From the NCBI GenBank assembly GCA_043101845.1, contig JBICHN010000011.1, forward strand, positions 274,635 to 338,634: a stretch of DNA of 64,000 nt, read 5' to 3'. The notes under the pieces are model-generated. The model saw only the letters and a list, made by a program, of their open reading frames with translations, ran no database searches and was not told the DNA's origin. This document shows, in pieces, positions 61,728 through 64,000 of this stretch. A program made the position numbers and the translations under genes. Source of the stretch: Phycisphaerales bacterium. Its GTDB lineage: Bacteria > Planctomycetota > Phycisphaerae > Phycisphaerales > UBA5793. How positions within the stretch are numbered: position 1 is the first letter of the stretch; every line of letters begins with the position of its first letter.

Positions 61728-63026
61728 CTACCGCAGCCGCTCGAGCGGGTCCTGGTCGGGGCGGGGCGGGTCGAATTCGAAGGAGGGTCGCGAGAGGTAG
61801 ATCGGCGGGCGGAGCGCCACGCCGAGGACGATGCCGACCATGAGGAAGTTCGCGATGAGGCTCGACCCGCCGTAGCTCACGAAGGGAAGCGTCATCCCGG
61901 TGATCGGAAAGAGGCCGAGCGTCATGCCGATGTTCACGAGCACCTGCGCCGCGACCACGGCGCCGAAGCCGACGCAGACGAGGCGGCCGAATGGGTTGCG
62001 GCTCACCGCGGCGACGGCGACGAAGCCCATGAGGTAGACAAGATAGAGCCCGATCATGATCGCCCCGCCGAGGAACCCCCAGCGGTTCACGACCACGGCG
62101 AAGATCATGTCGTTGTGGTCTTCGGGGAGTTTGTTGTACTTCACGATGACGCGGCTGCGCTCGGCGCCGAGCCCGGTGAAGCCGCCGGCGCCGATGAGCG
62201 TCGCGGCCTTGTGCGACTGGTAGTTGATCGTGTCCTGCTGGCGCGTGTCGCCGCGCACCTGGTTTACGAGCCCCTGAATGCGCTCGACCTGGTGTTCCTT
62301 GAGGATCGGGTACGCGGGCGTGGGCGGTTGCGCCGCGACGAGGCAGAACGCGGCGATGCCGACGGCCGCGGCGGCGCCGAGCCCGGCGATCGTGAAGAGG
62401 TGAAGCAGCCGCGCCCCGGCGCCGAGGAGCATCGCGAAGAGCACCGCGGGAAAGAGCATCGCCGTGCCGAGGTCGGGCTCGACAACGATGAGCCCCATCG
62501 GGACGAACATGATGCCGAACGGCCAGAGCAGTCCGACGAGCGTGCGATAGTTCTTCCGCAGGCGCAGGTAACTCGCGAGCGCGAGGACGAAGGCGATCTT
62601 CGCGAGTTCGCTAGGCTGAAGATCGAAGAGCACGAGGTTGATCCACCGCCGCGCGCCGTTCCGGGGACGGACGATTTCGGTCGGCACGAACGGAATGAGC
62701 ACGAAGATGAGCAGGGCGATGACGCCGATCGCGATCGGATAGCTCAGGTAGCGCCAGGTCCGCGCTTTCGGGATGGCCATGAGCAGGCAGGCGACGACGC
62801 CGGCGCCGAGGAAGACGAGCTGGCGCACCCAGAGCCCGCCGGTTTCGGGATCTTCGGTGATGTGGATCGCCGCGACGCCGAGCAGGCCGAGCGCAATCGC
62901 CGCGAGGACGGAGAACCACGCCGCGTTCCACCAGAGGATGCGCGGCACGACGCTCGGCGGCGCCGTCTCGTTCAGCGTGCGCCGCGAGGTGTGATGCGTC
63001 TCCGACCAGGAGGGCGCCGTGGTCAT
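61728..63026 (-). CDS. rodA: Rod shape-determining SEDS protein
   Basis: NGARRWI.L....QPSE.AK, EPDLGT, GAGGFTG, LPE.HNDMIF, GLFPITGMTLPFVSYGGSS; immediately downstream of a PBP. Confidence 0.9.
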   Translation of the reverse strand: MTTAPSWSETHHTSRRTLNETAPPSVVPRILWWNAAWFSVLAAIALGLLGVAAIHITEDPETGGLWVRQLVFLGAGVVACLLMAIPKARTWRYLSYPIAIGVIALLIFVLIPFVPTEIVRPRNGARRWINLVLFDLQPSELAKIAFVLALASYLRLRKNYRTLVGLLWPFGIMFVPMGLIVVEPDLGTAMLFPAVLFAMLLGAGARLLHLFTIAGLGAAAAVGIAAFCLVAAQPPTPAYPILKEHQVERIQGLVNQVRGDTRQQDTINYQSHKAATLIGAGGFTGLGAERSRVIVKYNKLPEDHNDMIFAVVVNRWGFLGGAIMIGLYLVYLMGFVAVAAVSRNPFGRLVCVGFGAVVAAQVLVNIGMTLGLFPITGMTLPFVSYGGSSLIANFLMVGIVLGVALRPPIYLSRPSFEFDPPRPDQDPLERLR

Positions 63027-64000
63027 GGCAGGTAGCCCTCCTGCCGCAGGGCGAAGGCGATCTGGTTCGCGATCGGCGCCGCGGCGCGGCTTCCCGAGCC
63101 GCCCCATTCGACGAGCACGGCGATCGCGAACTCGGGCCGCGCCGAGCGGCCTTCACCCGGGTCATGTCCGACGAGGCCGACGAACCACGAGTGCGCGCCG
63201 ATGCCGCCTTCGCGCTCGAGGATCTTTGCGCGCCGGTTCTCGAGGACGGGCGCGCCGTCAGGGTTGAACGCGAGAATCTTCCGCGGCCAGTTCTGCTGGG
63301 CCGTGCCGGTCTTGCCCCAGAATCGCGCGCCTTCGAGGTTGAAGATCGGCTCGTAATTCGGATTGTCCGGGTCGCCGGCGATGTCGATGCGTCGCGCGCC
63401 GCCGTAGGACTGGTTGTTCACGACTTCGTCGAGACCCATCATCGCGGCGTGGACGGCGAGGTCGTCGAGGCCGAGGTCGGCGCGGTAGCGCTCGCGTTCA
63501 TCGCCCGGCGTCGGACGGACGAGGGTGGGGTCGAGGAAGTAGCCGCCGCGCGCGAGCGCCGCGTAGGCGTTCGCGGCATGAAGCGGCGTCCAGCCGACGG
63601 GCCCCTGGCCGATGCCGAGCATGAGCTGTTCGCCACCGTCGATCATCGCCGCGTCCTGCACGACGCCGCTGTTCATCCACACGCCGATGTCGAGCGCGCG
63701 CCCGGCGCCCCAGCGCCCGTACCAGTCGTGCTGCGCCTCGGGTCCGAGGAGACGGCCGAGCGAGTAGAAGTAGATGTTGCACGAGCGGGCGACCGCGGCG
63801 ACCGCGTCGAGCGGGCCGTGCACCGCGTAGGTCGGCGGGCGATAGACCCAGCAGCGGTAGATGTCGTTGCGTCCGGGGAAGAAGTGCCCCTGGCAGTCGA
63901 CGGTCGCGTTGATCGACCAGTCGTGATCGGTCACCGCGGCGCAGAGCATGAGCGGCTTCACGATCGAGCCGGGGGGATAGGGCTTCTCGATCGCCTTGTG
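63023..64000 (-). CDS. mrdA: Penicillin-binding protein 2 transpeptidase domain (partial; begins beyond the window)
   Basis: YPPGSIVKP (SxxK), SCN, GIGQG, KTGTAQ, HSWFVG, GGSGS..AAP. Confidence 0.88.
   Translation of the reverse strand, partial: HKAIEKPYPPGSIVKPLMLCAAVTDHDWSINATVDCQGHFFPGRNDIYRCWVYRPPTYAVHGPLDAVAAVARSCNIYFYSLGRLLGPEAQHDWYGRWGAGRALDIGVWMNSGVVQDAAMIDGGEQLMLGIGQGPVGWTPLHAANAYAALARGGYFLDPTLVRPTPGDERERYRADLGLDDLAVHAAMMGLDEVVNNQSYGGARRIDIAGDPDNPNYEPIFNLEGARFWGKTGTAQQNWPRKILAFNPDGAPVLENRRAKILEREGGIGAHSWFVGLVGHDPGEGRSARPEFAIAVLVEWGGSGSRAAAPIANQIAFALRQEGYLP

Overview
High-GC bacterial chromosomal window with no rRNA, tRNA or CRISPR array detected. The gene content suggests Planctomycetota, possibly Phycisphaerae; this is an inference. 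The backbone carries housekeeping and metabolic genes: 3' end of prfA, mqnB, a sigma-70 factor, tsaD, pyrB, a czcCBA-type heavy-metal RND operon, marR-doxX-pirin-nitroreductase, DASS and NCS2-like permeases, rsmD, egtB-egtD, two amidohydrolases, asnS, rodA and pbp2. Several islets of visibly lower GC (judged by eye) interrupt it: an Imm26 / FG-GAP / HNH block; a translationally coupled Dam methylase - membrane protein - DGQHR operon beside a type I R-M HsdR remnant; a membrane TPR protein; a nucleotidyltransferase TA-like pair; and a SAM-methyltransferase plus membrane protein pair. The most striking non-coding signal is about 10 intergenic mosaics built from at least 8 short repeat families, including GTAG-footed REP-like hetero-doublets, terminator-like hairpins and 7-/8-mer tandem arrays; several bracket accessory genes. 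Best candidates for an undescribed system are (1) the Dam-TM-DGQHR operon with no restriction nuclease and (2) the modular repeat-mosaic/cargo architecture.
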